This document shows, piece by piece, positions 26,694-37,633 of a DNA stretch of 64,000 nt. Numbering within the stretch: position 1 is the first letter of the stretch; every line of letters starts with the position of its first letter. The position numbers and the translations under genes were made by a program. The DNA is from an uncultured Pseudomonadales bacterium (GTDB taxonomy: Bacteria > Patescibacteriota > Microgenomatia > UBA1400 > MFAQ01): positions 67,573-131,572 of the forward strand of contig CAYTOI010000001.1 of NCBI GenBank assembly GCA_964439805.1, in the 5' to 3' direction. Below the pieces are notes generated by a model. It ran no database searches, had not been told where the DNA came from, and saw only the letters and a list, made by a program, of their open reading frames with translations.

Positions 26694-28421
26694 ATGCAGT
26701 ATTTCCGCAAACACCTAGCCCTCATTTTTTCTTTGTCTTTTTTCCTGTTCTCCTTCCTCACCCTCCTCCCCACCCCCTCCCATGCAGAAATTGACGCAGC
26801 AAGTATCGCAACCTGGATGACAAACTTTCCAAAAGATAATCCTTGGGCTCTAGCAAAAGAATTTTGCGACAAACGCAATGGAGATCTTATGAACCTTGAA
26901 ACTTGGTATTCGGGAAAATGTGGAAAAGATATAAATTCAAAAAGCGGTGAAGGAGTTGGCTTTGTAGATATTGTTATATTACAAGGTTATGAGTGGTTGT
27001 TTAGACCTCAAACAAAATCATTACCAGAACAAATGATAGACAATTTAAAAGACCTAGAAACAATTAGGGAAAAAATTACATATCAGAATTATAAGGAAAA
27101 ACTTGCAGAATTAGCCTTGAAACAATCAAAAAACAAGGATATTATTTCAAGCTTAGAACAGGCTACAAAAAATGTAATTACCACCCAGCCAGTTAGCAGT
27201 GTGGACTACCTTGCATATGTTGGTAACAACTTAAAGAAAAACCATGTTGTTGATTCAGCTTATGCAGCAACTCCAGGTTATGGTTTTGGCGGATTAGCAC
27301 CAATTCTCCCCATTTGGAAAGCCTTCAGAAACATTGCTTATATGCTTTTCGCAATAGCTTTTGTAATGTACGGAGTAATGATTATGTTTCGAATTCGAGT
27401 GGATGGTAAAACAGCAGCCACAATAACATTGGCAATACCAAAGTTAATTACAACCCTTTTATTAATAACTTTCTCTTATGCCATTGTGGGCTTATTGGTA
27501 GATTTATCTACTGTTGCAAGTGCATTACTTATTGATGTCTTAAGGGTTGGAAAAATAATAAAAGACCCAATAGAAGGTGTTGTAAGGGGTTCAAGCGGAC
27601 TTGGGAGCTGGGGAATGATAGGATCTTTTTTAATAAATACGCTATCTTCCATAATAATTTCTCCCTTTATTGTTTTTAATCTATTACTTGGAGGTTTTTT
27701 TAGTGCTACTTGGGCTTGGGTTGGTATAGTTTTAAGTCTAGCTACGGGTATTGGAGAAGCAATAGCAATTATACTTGTGATTGCAGTTATCTGGTCTTAT
27801 ATAAAATTAATTCTTAAACTCTTTCAGTCATACTTATCAATAATTGTAAGTTTGGTCTTTAGTCCAATAATTCTTCTTGGAAATGTAATGCCAGGATCAA
27901 AGGCGTTCTCTGGCTGGATAATGGGAATATTAGGCAACCTTTCAACTTTTCCCGCAGCAGCCTTTTTGCTCACCCTATCATATGCTCTTATGATGCAACC
28001 GGTAGTCAATGCCTTCCCCAATGCTAATTTGGGTGTTGTATCATTGGCCCCATCAGGAGGAAATGGTTGGACAACAGCTGCTGGTACTGGTACAAACATG
28101 TGGGCACCCCAAATAGTAGTACCTCAAGGAGGTGGACTGGGTGATTTAATGCTAGCCACCATAGGTATTGGCCTTCTTCTCATGTCTAGTAAATATGTTG
28201 ATATGGTACTTAAAGCGTTCAACACCCCACCATTCCCCTATGGAGCTGCAATAGGCGACGCGCTTAAATATGGATACTCTCAAGCCAGTGATCCAAACAG
28301 TTCTTACAGAACATCTAAATTTGGAAATCGTGCAAATGCTGTAACTGAGGGACTTTACAATATAGGCCCAAAAAGGCTAACTGGAAACACAATTTGGCAG
28401 GACACAAAAGGCATGTTCTAA
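26694..28421 (+). CDS. VirB6/TrbL-like polytopic membrane protein (putative)
   Basis: 575 aa: signal peptide, ~200-aa extracytoplasmic domain, then at least six TM helices and a Gly-rich C-terminus. This architecture and its position in the T4SS-like locus fit the VirB6 family. No sequence motif is diagnostic. Confidence 0.45.
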   Translation: MQYFRKHLALIFSLSFFLFSFLTLLPTPSHAEIDAASIATWMTNFPKDNPWALAKEFCDKRNGDLMNLETWYSGKCGKDINSKSGEGVGFVDIVILQGYEWLFRPQTKSLPEQMIDNLKDLETIREKITYQNYKEKLAELALKQSKNKDIISSLEQATKNVITTQPVSSVDYLAYVGNNLKKNHVVDSAYAATPGYGFGGLAPILPIWKAFRNIAYMLFAIAFVMYGVMIMFRIRVDGKTAATITLAIPKLITTLLLITFSYAIVGLLVDLSTVASALLIDVLRVGKIIKDPIEGVVRGSSGLGSWGMIGSFLINTLSSIIISPFIVFNLLLGGFFSATWAWVGIVLSLATGIGEAIAIILVIAVIWSYIKLILKLFQSYLSIIVSLVFSPIILLGNVMPGSKAFSGWIMGILGNLSTFPAAAFLLTLSYALMMQPVVNAFPNANLGVVSLAPSGGNGWTTAAGTGTNMWAPQIVVPQGGGLGDLMLATIGIGLLLMSSKYVDMVLKAFNTPPFPYGAAIGDALKYGYSQASDPNSSYRTSKFGNRANAVTEGLYNIGPKRLTGNTIWQDTKGMF

Positions 28422-28535
28422 TTCTCAAAATAACACAATTTTAGAATTCTTTTTTTGGTAAATTAAATTTATACTAAGAAAGATATTTTTCAGTCTAAAA
28501 CAACAAAAATTAGCACACGATACATCAAATACCGA

Positions 28536-30800
28536 CTATGCCCAAGGAACCCATTTATTAATCCAATCTGTTATCTTTGTTGAGTCATTTATTCTATCCA
28601 TTTTGCTAAACTTATCAGCATCCACTTTTCTATTTGTATAAAAATTACCTCTTTTCTTAGTAAAGAATTTTTTCATTTCTTTATAATTATCAAAAATTCC
28701 CTTACCATCAAACTTTCCTTCTGGACTAAAAAATGTTTTAGATATAGATGCCACGAGAGCGTCTTCTCCTTCACCATCATTCAAAAAGTATTGAACACAG
28801 TTTTCCAATCTTTGCTGATAATACCCCTTACCCTTATCAGGAGTAAAATTTAAATAAGCATAACCAGGAATTACCTTAGTTACAAAATTGTCGAAGGTTG
28901 GATTAAGGAAAAATTCACTTTCAGCCTTTTTAGCTTCTGAATACCCTTTCAGTGTTCCAAACCATCCTAAGAAATTTTCACTACCATCAGTCATTTTTCC
29001 TAAAATTAGTCTTTCTATAATACTTTCTGTTAAAGGAATCGACTCGTTAATCTCTTTGGCTTTTCTACCTCCAATATTTTCATCGTCCCTTAATTTGTTC
29101 CAAAAAGGTACCACACCTAAATTAACTCCACCAACAAGTCTTTTATCCGTATCATAACTAACCAATGCTTTATTAAAATTTAGAATTCCTCTCAAAAATA
29201 AACCTTTTGTAGTAGCTGACAAGCCACTTCTATCTTTAGGGAAAACTTCCATTGGATATCCATATTGAGCGTCAACTCCAGTAATTCTACAAACATCTCT
29301 TCCCATTTTTATAAATAAGTTAGCTTCCTCGTCAGTTACAAACTCATGACGTACTCGTCGAAATACCTCATCGTGAAGATCTTTACTGTCTATATCAATT
29401 TCTTTTTTTGTATCTCGATAGGTCTCTCTCATTACCGTGTCATATAGTTCCATTACCTTAGGAACAATCAATGTTCTTCCTTTCCTTATACTCAACATTG
29501 ACACCAACGCCCCATCTATGCTTTGTAGTAGTTCGGCCCGAGCACTTTCTGGTTTGTAAGTAGGGTTATCCATCATAACTGTGATGTCGTGGACCTTTAT
29601 CATTTGTCTTATCAAATCAGCTTTAGGTTCTTTATCAATTTTGGAATTTATATTCAACCCAATATTATCTGTACTCAAATACGGCTCTTTTAATATTTTT
29701 ACAACAACCCCATAATCACTTTTATCTTCAACTATCTCAGTTTTATTAAATTTATTGATTAAGAATTTTTCTAAATTTTCTTTCATTATTTCCCCATCGG
29801 CTCCGTACTCAAACCATCTTCTCTTTTCATCATAAAATATTTTTGCCACAAATTCTGTCAATCTACCTTCAAACTTATTTCTTGAATCTTGATTAACAAC
29901 TTTACTTATTTTTTCTTGTCGTTTAATACTTTCAGAATTACCAGCAATTTTTACGTAGTTACCATCGTTAAGAATTTCCTTCAGATAAACATCTTGGGCT
30001 ACTGAAAACATGTCCTCATATACAGTTGTGTCTCCCGCTCGGAATCTTTCCATTAAACGATCCTTGTGCATACTTTTTGACAATTCTACCAATCTAGCTA
30101 GTTTTGGCTTGTCTGGGTGTAAGGAAAGAAGAGGATCCCATTCTTGTAGTAAATATTTATTCAAAGATACTTCATTTTCTTTAACATAATCACCTACAGT
30201 TTCTCTATTCCTTCCAGCTTCAGGACTTGGTTCTTCGGGTGGTCTTGGCTCAGCAGGGTCTCTTGGTTCGGGCGGAACTTCTCTACTTCTATCAGCCTCG
30301 GCTTTTTTCTTCTTGTTTTCTTCTTGAACCTTTAAAACGTCAATGTTCATTTCGTTTAACAGTTTTTCAGCATCCTGTTTTGTCATTCTGTTTCCAATTT
30401 TTTCCTCATCTACTTCATCAAAAACAAGCCTTACAGCATCAACAACTTTCTTTTTTGATTCTCTGTCTAAGATAAGATCTACAGCAATTTCATTATCTTT
30501 CAATTTTTTTTGCGCAGACAGAATAAGGAGTCTGTCATTATTAATATCTTCCTCTGATCTTTTAACTTTATTCTCTGCTTTAGGGTCCACATAAACCTTG
30601 AGAGATCTTGTAGCTTCTCTCAAGTCTTGTCTTAAATCTGGATACCATGATTCTCCCAACAATTCCACATCCAGTATTTCAACATCTACTGTGTTTTTTG
30701 TCCCGTCGTCCACAGGCCTTAAAGGAGGCTTCACCAAAACAACACCTTTTTCAGATGATACTGGTTTGTCATTAAATACCCAATCGTTTTCTCCCGACAT
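28536..30800 (-). CDS. Large acidic hypothetical protein (no TM, no recognisable domain)
   Basis: 754 aa intact ORF, Lys/Glu/Asp-rich, with an internal Pro/Glu low-complexity linker (PPEPRDPAEPRPPEEPSPE). Second gene of a two-gene minus-strand operon. Confidence 0.6.
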   Translation of the reverse strand: MSGENDWVFNDKPVSSEKGVVLVKPPLRPVDDGTKNTVDVEILDVELLGESWYPDLRQDLREATRSLKVYVDPKAENKVKRSEEDINNDRLLILSAQKKLKDNEIAVDLILDRESKKKVVDAVRLVFDEVDEEKIGNRMTKQDAEKLLNEMNIDVLKVQEENKKKKAEADRSREVPPEPRDPAEPRPPEEPSPEAGRNRETVGDYVKENEVSLNKYLLQEWDPLLSLHPDKPKLARLVELSKSMHKDRLMERFRAGDTTVYEDMFSVAQDVYLKEILNDGNYVKIAGNSESIKRQEKISKVVNQDSRNKFEGRLTEFVAKIFYDEKRRWFEYGADGEIMKENLEKFLINKFNKTEIVEDKSDYGVVVKILKEPYLSTDNIGLNINSKIDKEPKADLIRQMIKVHDITVMMDNPTYKPESARAELLQSIDGALVSMLSIRKGRTLIVPKVMELYDTVMRETYRDTKKEIDIDSKDLHDEVFRRVRHEFVTDEEANLFIKMGRDVCRITGVDAQYGYPMEVFPKDRSGLSATTKGLFLRGILNFNKALVSYDTDKRLVGGVNLGVVPFWNKLRDDENIGGRKAKEINESIPLTESIIERLILGKMTDGSENFLGWFGTLKGYSEAKKAESEFFLNPTFDNFVTKVIPGYAYLNFTPDKGKGYYQQRLENCVQYFLNDGEGEDALVASISKTFFSPEGKFDGKGIFDNYKEMKKFFTKKRGNFYTNRKVDADKFSKMDRINDSTKITDWINKWVPWA

Positions 30801-30810
30801 ATTATTTCAA

Positions 30811-33800
30811 TTATATCATTTTTAAGCCTAGAATCTGGAAAAACTTAATGGTATTCGCCCACTGATTAGGATAATTCTTCCTGAGCTCCACATCGTCAAC
30901 AAGTCTACCGGCTAGGCACAAATCTGACAACATCTTGTCGGCTTTATCTGGACTTTCTTCATTTATTACCCTTTCTAAATATGAATACCCCGCATCAACC
31001 ATATCTCTGACTAGTCTCATTTGATCCACTCTAGAAAAGGTGTCTTTTCCTCTTAGCTTTTCAAGCCTACCTAACTCCTGAAGCTGTCTAACAACAAAAT
31101 CCCTTTTATTGTTTTCTCTTTCATTTTTTTTATCTTTAACTTCAACAAACCCAAAATAACCCATTATTTTTTGCTTTGCTAAATCAACTGTAAAATTTTC
31201 ATCCGGTTTATTACTTTTTACAACCGTAATTGCACTCAATAAACTTTTCTGAATCCCATCACTTTCAGACTTGGCTATTTTGGACAAATCAATCCCCCTC
31301 TTAATTAATTTTTCTCTAGCTTCATAGTATTCCTTGTTTCTGTTTATACCTGAAGTACCAGCTTCCAATTCATCAAACAGCTTTTGATCCCAAACCTTCT
31401 CCTCCTCCACCTTTTCTTTAATTACTACTTTGACTTTATTTTCAACAGACTCTTTATTGATTTCAACAACCTCTGGTTGATTATCCAAATTTTCTCCATG
31501 CATTATTTTCCTGGCTTTCGCCAAGTACTCAACTTTTATATTAGATTTTTCTAAAGTCGGTAAAATTTTAGACCATTTTTCAATAAAATCTTTTTCATTC
31601 ACATCTTCGTTGTTTAGCAAAAAATAATTTTCAATCCTAAATATCAACATATCTAATTCGTTTGAAGTATCCCGACGATCTCCTTTTTTCCATAATATTT
31701 TCACCCCAAAAGACTCAAGTCTGTCCAGTGCTTCTTTGTATTCAGATTTTTCATTTTCACTGTAAACAACCCGTAGATCTTTCAGCAAACCATCCTTGTA
31801 ATAATTTACTACTTCAACATTATTTTTTTCAAATTCTTTTACAACTCTCCCCTCTTTTGTATTTTTCACCACACTTTCAACCACATCACGAATCTCAAGT
31901 ATTTTTTTTATAAAATTTTCTGCATTTTCTCTCTTTTTACCCCAAGCAACAAAATTATTTTCCTTGATTGCTTTTAGTGCCAATTTATAAGATTCATAAT
32001 CAACACCATCCTTGTCAAATTTTGGCAAGTTAATTCCATGACTACTAATTCTTTCTACAGCACTTTGAACATCTTCAATATTTCCATTTTCCACCAACCA
32101 CAAATCATTATACAAACCTTCGTAACTCTCAGGCTTATCTACCATCTCAACATTTTTAGGAATATTTTTTAATTCCAAAATACCACCATGTCTATATTTT
32201 CTAGCATTTTCTATTCTAGAAAAATCACTTATGCCATTTTTTGTTAACAAATATTCCAAATCATCTATTTTTTCAAAATTACCATCAGATTTCAAATACG
32301 AATCTAGTAAATCAACCAGCTCTTTACCTAACAAGTAATCTGTTATTTTGGATTTATCATCTACGGATCTATCCTTTTCAATCTTACCTACTTTAAATTT
32401 CCCCAATCTTTCAAACGAATCTTTTTTATTTTTTTTAAGTATTTCTAAGGATGTCTCATCACCACCTACTTCCGACGGTCTTGTGTATATTGTTTTTAAG
32501 TCAGATATTAGTCCATCAATCTTGGCAAAATAAGCATATTCTTGTTCCAGTTTTTTAGGCACAAATTCTCTTATCAGTACCTCCTGAGGAAGGGAGTCGC
32601 TTTTATCTTTCTGTGAAGAATTTGAATCCAAATTTTTAATTTCTTCACTTTCCAACACAATACCTTTACTAATAAGATAATCACTCAAAGAAAAACCAAA
32701 ATTCCCGTCAAAGGGCTTACTTTCTAATCTTGACACCAATCTATCAGATACAAACATCCTAACTGCTTTCCCCTTAATAACTGTTTTATCTTTAAAAGCT
32801 TCCTCTATAGGCATTCCTTGATTTTCTTTTTTCAAAAAATCATACAAAGAGGTTGGATTTTCAGCCACAACTTCCATAAAATCAAAGACAAAACTTTTAT
32901 CAATCACAAAAAACGAACCTATTTTACCAACCTTCTTAGAGTCCGTATTATCAACTACTAAGTTCGTAATGTTTACAACTACTTTGTTAGCAAAGTCCAA
33001 ATCTTTCTCTTTTAGATACTTCTCAACATCATTACTTAATATAGAAATTCTTTCACCTTCACGAATTGGAGGCTGAATGACAAATTTTTCAAAAGTATCT
33101 ATCCTCACACAAGAATAATTCTCTTCATCCAAAAAGGATTTTTCTTTGTTTATTTTTGCCTTACTTTCATGTCGCTGATTCAGTTCTCTGATTACTTCAA
33201 AAAAAGAATTATTTTTATCAAATTCATTATTCAAATCTACATTTAAAACGCTATCGTAAACAACAACTTCAATATTTCTTTTTTCTTTTTTTTCATCCTC
33301 TTCATCAACAATTTCGACCTCCAGCATTTTTTCAACTACCAAACTTTCTTGTTCCATTTTCTTCAGGTTATCCCCCAAGAATGTTTTTAACTCATCACTC
33401 ATTGTCGACACATCAAATTTATCGGCTTGAGAATCTAGTTCATCAATCAACATTCTTACTTTTTCCACGATTAATCCACTTAAATCTTTTGAATAAATTA
33501 AATTTCCTTTCTGATCTATATACATCTTTACCCCCAAAAGGTTCAAATTAAAACCATTATTAATTAACGGATCAAGATCAAAAGATGTCGGTTCTTTTAA
33601 AAATATTTCCAAAGAATCCTTCAAATCTTCAGCTTCAAATTCCATAGGTTCAACATCTTCTGACAAAACAACCTCAAACTCATTCTCTTGCTCATTAATT
33701 TTATTGTCTTTTAAAAATTTTTCAAAACCTTCTTCAGATTGCACTTGATTCAAAACTAAAAGTTCTTTCCAGTTCGGAACCTCGTCATCCTCACCATCAG

Positions 33801-33921
33801 CGCCATTTGCAAAAGCATCAGATTCATGTAAATCTTCATCCGACGTGCTTTTACCTCGAATTGTTTTTTTTTCAGTTTTCTTTTTTTTGTAATCCCAATC
33901 TTTTTCTACTTCAACAGCCAT
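30811..33921 (-). CDS. Giant acidic hypothetical protein (no TM, no recognisable domain)
   Basis: 1036 aa intact ORF. 10-nt spacing to the downstream gene suggests an operon. Highly charged and probably cytoplasmic. Confidence 0.6.
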   Translation of the reverse strand: MAVEVEKDWDYKKKKTEKKTIRGKSTSDEDLHESDAFANGADGEDDEVPNWKELLVLNQVQSEEGFEKFLKDNKINEQENEFEVVLSEDVEPMEFEAEDLKDSLEIFLKEPTSFDLDPLINNGFNLNLLGVKMYIDQKGNLIYSKDLSGLIVEKVRMLIDELDSQADKFDVSTMSDELKTFLGDNLKKMEQESLVVEKMLEVEIVDEEDEKKEKRNIEVVVYDSVLNVDLNNEFDKNNSFFEVIRELNQRHESKAKINKEKSFLDEENYSCVRIDTFEKFVIQPPIREGERISILSNDVEKYLKEKDLDFANKVVVNITNLVVDNTDSKKVGKIGSFFVIDKSFVFDFMEVVAENPTSLYDFLKKENQGMPIEEAFKDKTVIKGKAVRMFVSDRLVSRLESKPFDGNFGFSLSDYLISKGIVLESEEIKNLDSNSSQKDKSDSLPQEVLIREFVPKKLEQEYAYFAKIDGLISDLKTIYTRPSEVGGDETSLEILKKNKKDSFERLGKFKVGKIEKDRSVDDKSKITDYLLGKELVDLLDSYLKSDGNFEKIDDLEYLLTKNGISDFSRIENARKYRHGGILELKNIPKNVEMVDKPESYEGLYNDLWLVENGNIEDVQSAVERISSHGINLPKFDKDGVDYESYKLALKAIKENNFVAWGKKRENAENFIKKILEIRDVVESVVKNTKEGRVVKEFEKNNVEVVNYYKDGLLKDLRVVYSENEKSEYKEALDRLESFGVKILWKKGDRRDTSNELDMLIFRIENYFLLNNEDVNEKDFIEKWSKILPTLEKSNIKVEYLAKARKIMHGENLDNQPEVVEINKESVENKVKVVIKEKVEEEKVWDQKLFDELEAGTSGINRNKEYYEAREKLIKRGIDLSKIAKSESDGIQKSLLSAITVVKSNKPDENFTVDLAKQKIMGYFGFVEVKDKKNERENNKRDFVVRQLQELGRLEKLRGKDTFSRVDQMRLVRDMVDAGYSYLERVINEESPDKADKMLSDLCLAGRLVDDVELRKNYPNQWANTIKFFQILGLKMI

Positions 33922-33988
33922 ACCTCCATCTTATCTCAAAAAACCAAATCTTTCCTTAAACACGATATACTAATACATAGCTAATCTT

Positions 33989-34066
33989 CGTCATTGCGAA
34001 TCACGAAGTGCTTAAGCAACCCCCGACTCGGAGATTGCCACGTCGTTTCACTCCTCGCAATGACGC
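33989..34066. promoter_or_regulatory. 78-nt palindrome in the divergent intergenic region (two inverted copies of the GTCATTGCGA..GGCAATC repeat)
   Basis: gtcattgcga at 33990-33999 and tcgcaatgac at 34056-34065 flank two inverted repeat-family-3 copies. Lies between divergent genes 30811..33921 (-) and 34077.. (+). Confidence 0.5.
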
Positions 34067-34076
34067 AATCTAAAAT

Positions 34077-35033
34077 ATGGCCATCCAACAACACCCAGTA
34101 CCCCAAGACATCAGTAACTACCGATTCCGGCTAATCGGCGACATGACTATTAAACAATTCTCCTCTTTGGGAATTTGTATAGTTCTCACGGTCATTATTT
34201 ACAGCTCCCCTCTACCTTTTTTCTTCAAATATCCTCTCTCCTTTGCCTTTTTGGCTCTTGGAGTAGGCATGGCTTTTATTCCTGTGCAAGGTAGAACTTT
34301 AGATGTTTGGATCCTTGCTTTCTTTAAATCTATCTACGCCCCCACTCAATATATTTGGAAACACGGCCAAGATGTTAATAATAACCCGATTACAACTACT
34401 ACAACACCAGTAACAGAACCAGTAAACACTCCATCCACACCTGTAGTCCCAGTTTCCACTCCTACAGCCGAACCAATTCCTGAGCAAACTCCACAACCAG
34501 AAGAGATGGCGAAATCAGCACAACAACCAGTACCCACTGTGGAACCAGTTGCAGAAACAGTAGTAGTACCAGAATCTAAAAATATAGAGATACCCGCCAC
34601 CGAAGTCACTCCAGTAGAAACAAAAACTGAAACACCTATATACACCCCAACAGACAATAACTCGACTCAATCAAGTCCAATTCCAGCTTCTGAACCAACT
34701 ATAAACAACACTCCAGTCCCCAATAATCCTATTAACAACGAAGTATCCAGTCTTCCCATTCCTTTTACCCCATCCACGCCAAACACTTTAGTGGGACTAA
34801 CCCTTACTCCAGATGAAAAAATTCTAGATGGTGTACTTATTGAAATAAAAAGCCAAAACCTCACTCTCCGAGCCACCAAAAGTAACAAGCTTGGCCAGTT
34901 CCTTTTTGCTCGCCCACTAGAAAACGGCCTCTTCCAAATTCTTGCTGAAAAAGATGGCTATAGCTTTGAAGCTTACAGTATCAATCTCACCGGAGAAATT
35001 GTTAAACCTTTAAAAATCCAAGCAATCAAATAA
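34077..35033 (+). CDS. PrgI/VirB3-like membrane protein with Thr/Pro-rich C-terminal extension (putative)
   Basis: The N-terminal ~100 aa have two TM helices (FSSLGICIVLTVIIY..LSFAFLALGVGMAFI) like PrgI/TcpE/VirB3-type proteins. The rest is Thr/Pro/Glu-rich low-complexity sequence. Confidence 0.4.
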   Translation: MAIQQHPVPQDISNYRFRLIGDMTIKQFSSLGICIVLTVIIYSSPLPFFFKYPLSFAFLALGVGMAFIPVQGRTLDVWILAFFKSIYAPTQYIWKHGQDVNNNPITTTTTPVTEPVNTPSTPVVPVSTPTAEPIPEQTPQPEEMAKSAQQPVPTVEPVAETVVVPESKNIEIPATEVTPVETKTETPIYTPTDNNSTQSSPIPASEPTINNTPVPNNPINNEVSSLPIPFTPSTPNTLVGLTLTPDEKILDGVLIEIKSQNLTLRATKSNKLGQFLFARPLENGLFQILAEKDGYSFEAYSINLTGEIVKPLKIQAIK

Positions 35034-35034
35034 T

Positions 35035-35694
35035 ATGCCAGCCGAAGTAATAAAAGCCTCCACCCAAGAACATCTCGATATTTACACTATCAAAAATCAT
35101 CTAGTCTTTCTCAAAGATGGTTCCTGCTCCCTCGTTCTCAAAACCACAGCTCTAAACTTCAACCTTCTCTCCGAAGAAGAACAAGACGCCACTATCTACA
35201 CTTATGCCGGACTTCTTAACTCTCTCTCCTTTTCTATTCAAATTCTCATTCGTTCTCAGCGTAAAAATATTTCCGACTACATCACGCTTCTCGACAACAG
35301 TATTCAAGGAACCTCTTCACAAAAAGTAAAGGAGTCTCTCCTTTCTTATCGTCAGTTTGTTAAGTCTCTCGTCAAGGAAAACAGAGTCTTAGAAAAAAAA
35401 TTCTTCGTAATTATTACTTTTTCAGCTATTGAGCTTGGTATTACCAAGTCCACTTTCAACCCCTTCAGTAAAGATCCTCAAAAACCTCCATATGACCTGG
35501 ACTACATAGAAGAAAAAGCTTCCATGGTACTCTACCCACGAAGAGATCACATTATTCGTCAATTTGCTCGTATCGGACTAAAAACCAGTCAACTTACCAC
35601 CACCGAACTTGTAACTCTTTTCTACTCTATCTACAACCAAAGCAGTTCTAGTCCTCTAATTTCCGATCAAATAACTTTCAACGAGCACCAATAA
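35035..35694 (+). CDS. Hypothetical protein, T4SS-locus associated
   Basis: 219 aa soluble ORF immediately upstream of the VirB4-like ATPase. Confidence 0.5.
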   Translation: MPAEVIKASTQEHLDIYTIKNHLVFLKDGSCSLVLKTTALNFNLLSEEEQDATIYTYAGLLNSLSFSIQILIRSQRKNISDYITLLDNSIQGTSSQKVKESLLSYRQFVKSLVKENRVLEKKFFVIITFSAIELGITKSTFNPFSKDPQKPPYDLDYIEEKASMVLYPRRDHIIRQFARIGLKTSQLTTTELVTLFYSIYNQSSSSPLISDQITFNEHQ

Positions 35695-35720
35695 AAGTTC
35701 TCTTCGGTTATACTTAATAC

Positions 35721-37631
35721 ATGGCTTTTAATTTATTTAATCTTGGCCAAAAACGCAGCACAGCAGTGCTAAGTCCCGACTCACAGTCGGGAGCCACAAC
35801 TTCTATTCCAGAGGTTTCATCTTCCATATCTGATACCTCCACTCCTCCAATCAAAACCATAGACAAAAACATTGCTCCTCAAGACAACAACATCCAAGAC
35901 ACCATTGCCCCATCTGCCATAGAAGTCGATTTTTCTTTTATAAAAATCGATGATACATATGTCCGCACTCTCTTTGTCACTGGCTATCCTCGCTACGTCA
36001 CTGCTAACTGGCTGTCTCCACTGATTAACTTCAACCACTCTCTAGATGTCTCCATGTTTATTTATCCTAGTGACTCCAAAGATACACTCGAAAGTCTCAG
36101 AAGAAGAATTGCCGAAATGGAAGCAGAAATAAATACAGATATCCAAAGAGGTCGTGTCCCCAGAGCCGCAACTGAGGCCGGTCTAGAAGATGCCAAAGCA
36201 CTTCAGTCTCAACTAGTAAAAGGTGCTGAAAGATTTTTTCAATTCTCTTTGTACCTTAGTATCTCTGCTGAAACAGAAAAAGACCTGAACACCACCACTT
36301 CACAAGTTCAATCCATGCTTGCTTCTCTCCTAATCATCAGCAAAACCGCTTCTCTCACCATGGAAGACGCATTCAAAAGTACCCTTCCCTACGCCAAAGA
36401 CAGATTAATGATTACGAGAAATATGGACACCACTTCATTGTCCACCACTTTTCCATTTACAAGTTCCGAACTCTCTGACAACAAAGGAATTCTCTATGGA
36501 CTTAACGCCCACAACGACTCTCTCGTAATTTTTGACCGCTTTTCTTTAGAAAACGCCAACATGCTTATCCTTGCTACTTCTGGTGCTGGAAAAAGTTACA
36601 CTGTAAAACTCGAAATTCTCAGATCTCTTATGTTTGACACTCGTGTCATTATTCTAGACCCAGAAAATGAGTATGAAATGGTTACCAAGTCAGTTGGCGG
36701 TAACTATATTTCCTTCTCCATCAACTCCCCTCACAAAATAAATCCTTTTCAAATAGCCAAACCCCAAGAAAGTAGTGAAGACGAAATGGGATACAAATAT
36801 CTATTTCTCATGTCTCTTCTCAAAATTATGATTGGTGAAATGAATCCAATAGAAGAAGCCACCATGAACCGTGCCCTTGTTCTCACCTATCGCCAAAAAG
36901 GAATTACCGAAGACCCTGCCACCCACGTTCTCGAAGCCCCAAGAATGGAAGACCTTTACCGTTCCCTTATAGGTATGGAAGAAGCGGTAAGCAAAACTCT
37001 ATCCGCCCGTCTTGAACGTTTCGTCATGGGTTCTATTAAAGGAATCTTTGACCAGCAAAGTAATATAGATATCGACGCTCCTATTACTGTTTTCTCGATG
37101 CGAGATATAGCCGACGAAATTCGTCCCATTGTCATGTTTAACATTTTAGATTTTGTCTGGACTCAGGTAAGAAAAGATCTTCGCAAAAGGATGTTGGTAG
37201 TTGACGAGGCTTGGTATTTGATGCGCTACGAAGATTCCGCAAAGATTCTCCAAGGTTTTGTAAAAAGAGCCCGCAAGTATTATCTTGGTGTCTCCATTAT
37301 TTCTCAAAATGTTGACGACTTCTTGGGTTCTCCGTATGGAAAGGCAATTATCACAAACTCCGCTCTCAAAATGCTACTCAAGCAGTCTCCTGCGGCTATC
37401 AATCAAATTGCCGAAGTCTTTTATCTTTCTCAAGGAGAAAAGCAACTACTTCTTTCCGCTGGTGTCGGTGAAGGAATCTTTTTTGCCGGTATGAACCACG
37501 TAGCTATACGCATAATCGCTTCTCCAGACGAACATGCCCTCGCTAGTACCAAACCAGCCGAAGTCCTCGCCCGTCAAAAAGCTGCTGCCGACCAAAAGCT
37601 CGCCGAAGAAAAAACTCAACCTAGTATCTAG
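35721..37631 (+). CDS. VirB4/TrbE/PrgJ-family conjugative type IV secretion ATPase
   Basis: Walker A LILATSGAGKSYTVK, Walker B RMLVVDEAWYLM, and an N-terminal region with the TGYPR-type motif (FVTGYPRYV) typical of VirB4-family proteins. Confidence 0.85.
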   Translation: MAFNLFNLGQKRSTAVLSPDSQSGATTSIPEVSSSISDTSTPPIKTIDKNIAPQDNNIQDTIAPSAIEVDFSFIKIDDTYVRTLFVTGYPRYVTANWLSPLINFNHSLDVSMFIYPSDSKDTLESLRRRIAEMEAEINTDIQRGRVPRAATEAGLEDAKALQSQLVKGAERFFQFSLYLSISAETEKDLNTTTSQVQSMLASLLIISKTASLTMEDAFKSTLPYAKDRLMITRNMDTTSLSTTFPFTSSELSDNKGILYGLNAHNDSLVIFDRFSLENANMLILATSGAGKSYTVKLEILRSLMFDTRVIILDPENEYEMVTKSVGGNYISFSINSPHKINPFQIAKPQESSEDEMGYKYLFLMSLLKIMIGEMNPIEEATMNRALVLTYRQKGITEDPATHVLEAPRMEDLYRSLIGMEEAVSKTLSARLERFVMGSIKGIFDQQSNIDIDAPITVFSMRDIADEIRPIVMFNILDFVWTQVRKDLRKRMLVVDEAWYLMRYEDSAKILQGFVKRARKYYLGVSIISQNVDDFLGSPYGKAIITNSALKMLLKQSPAAINQIAEVFYLSQGEKQLLLSAGVGEGIFFAGMNHVAIRIIASPDEHALASTKPAEVLARQKAAADQKLAEEKTQPSI

Positions 37632-37633
37632 AC

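Noticed and set aside
33985-34070. The 78-nt palindrome as a rho-independent terminator
   Set aside because: No T-run follows on either strand, and it sits between divergently transcribed genes. It is more likely a pair of inverted repeat-family copies or a regulatory site.
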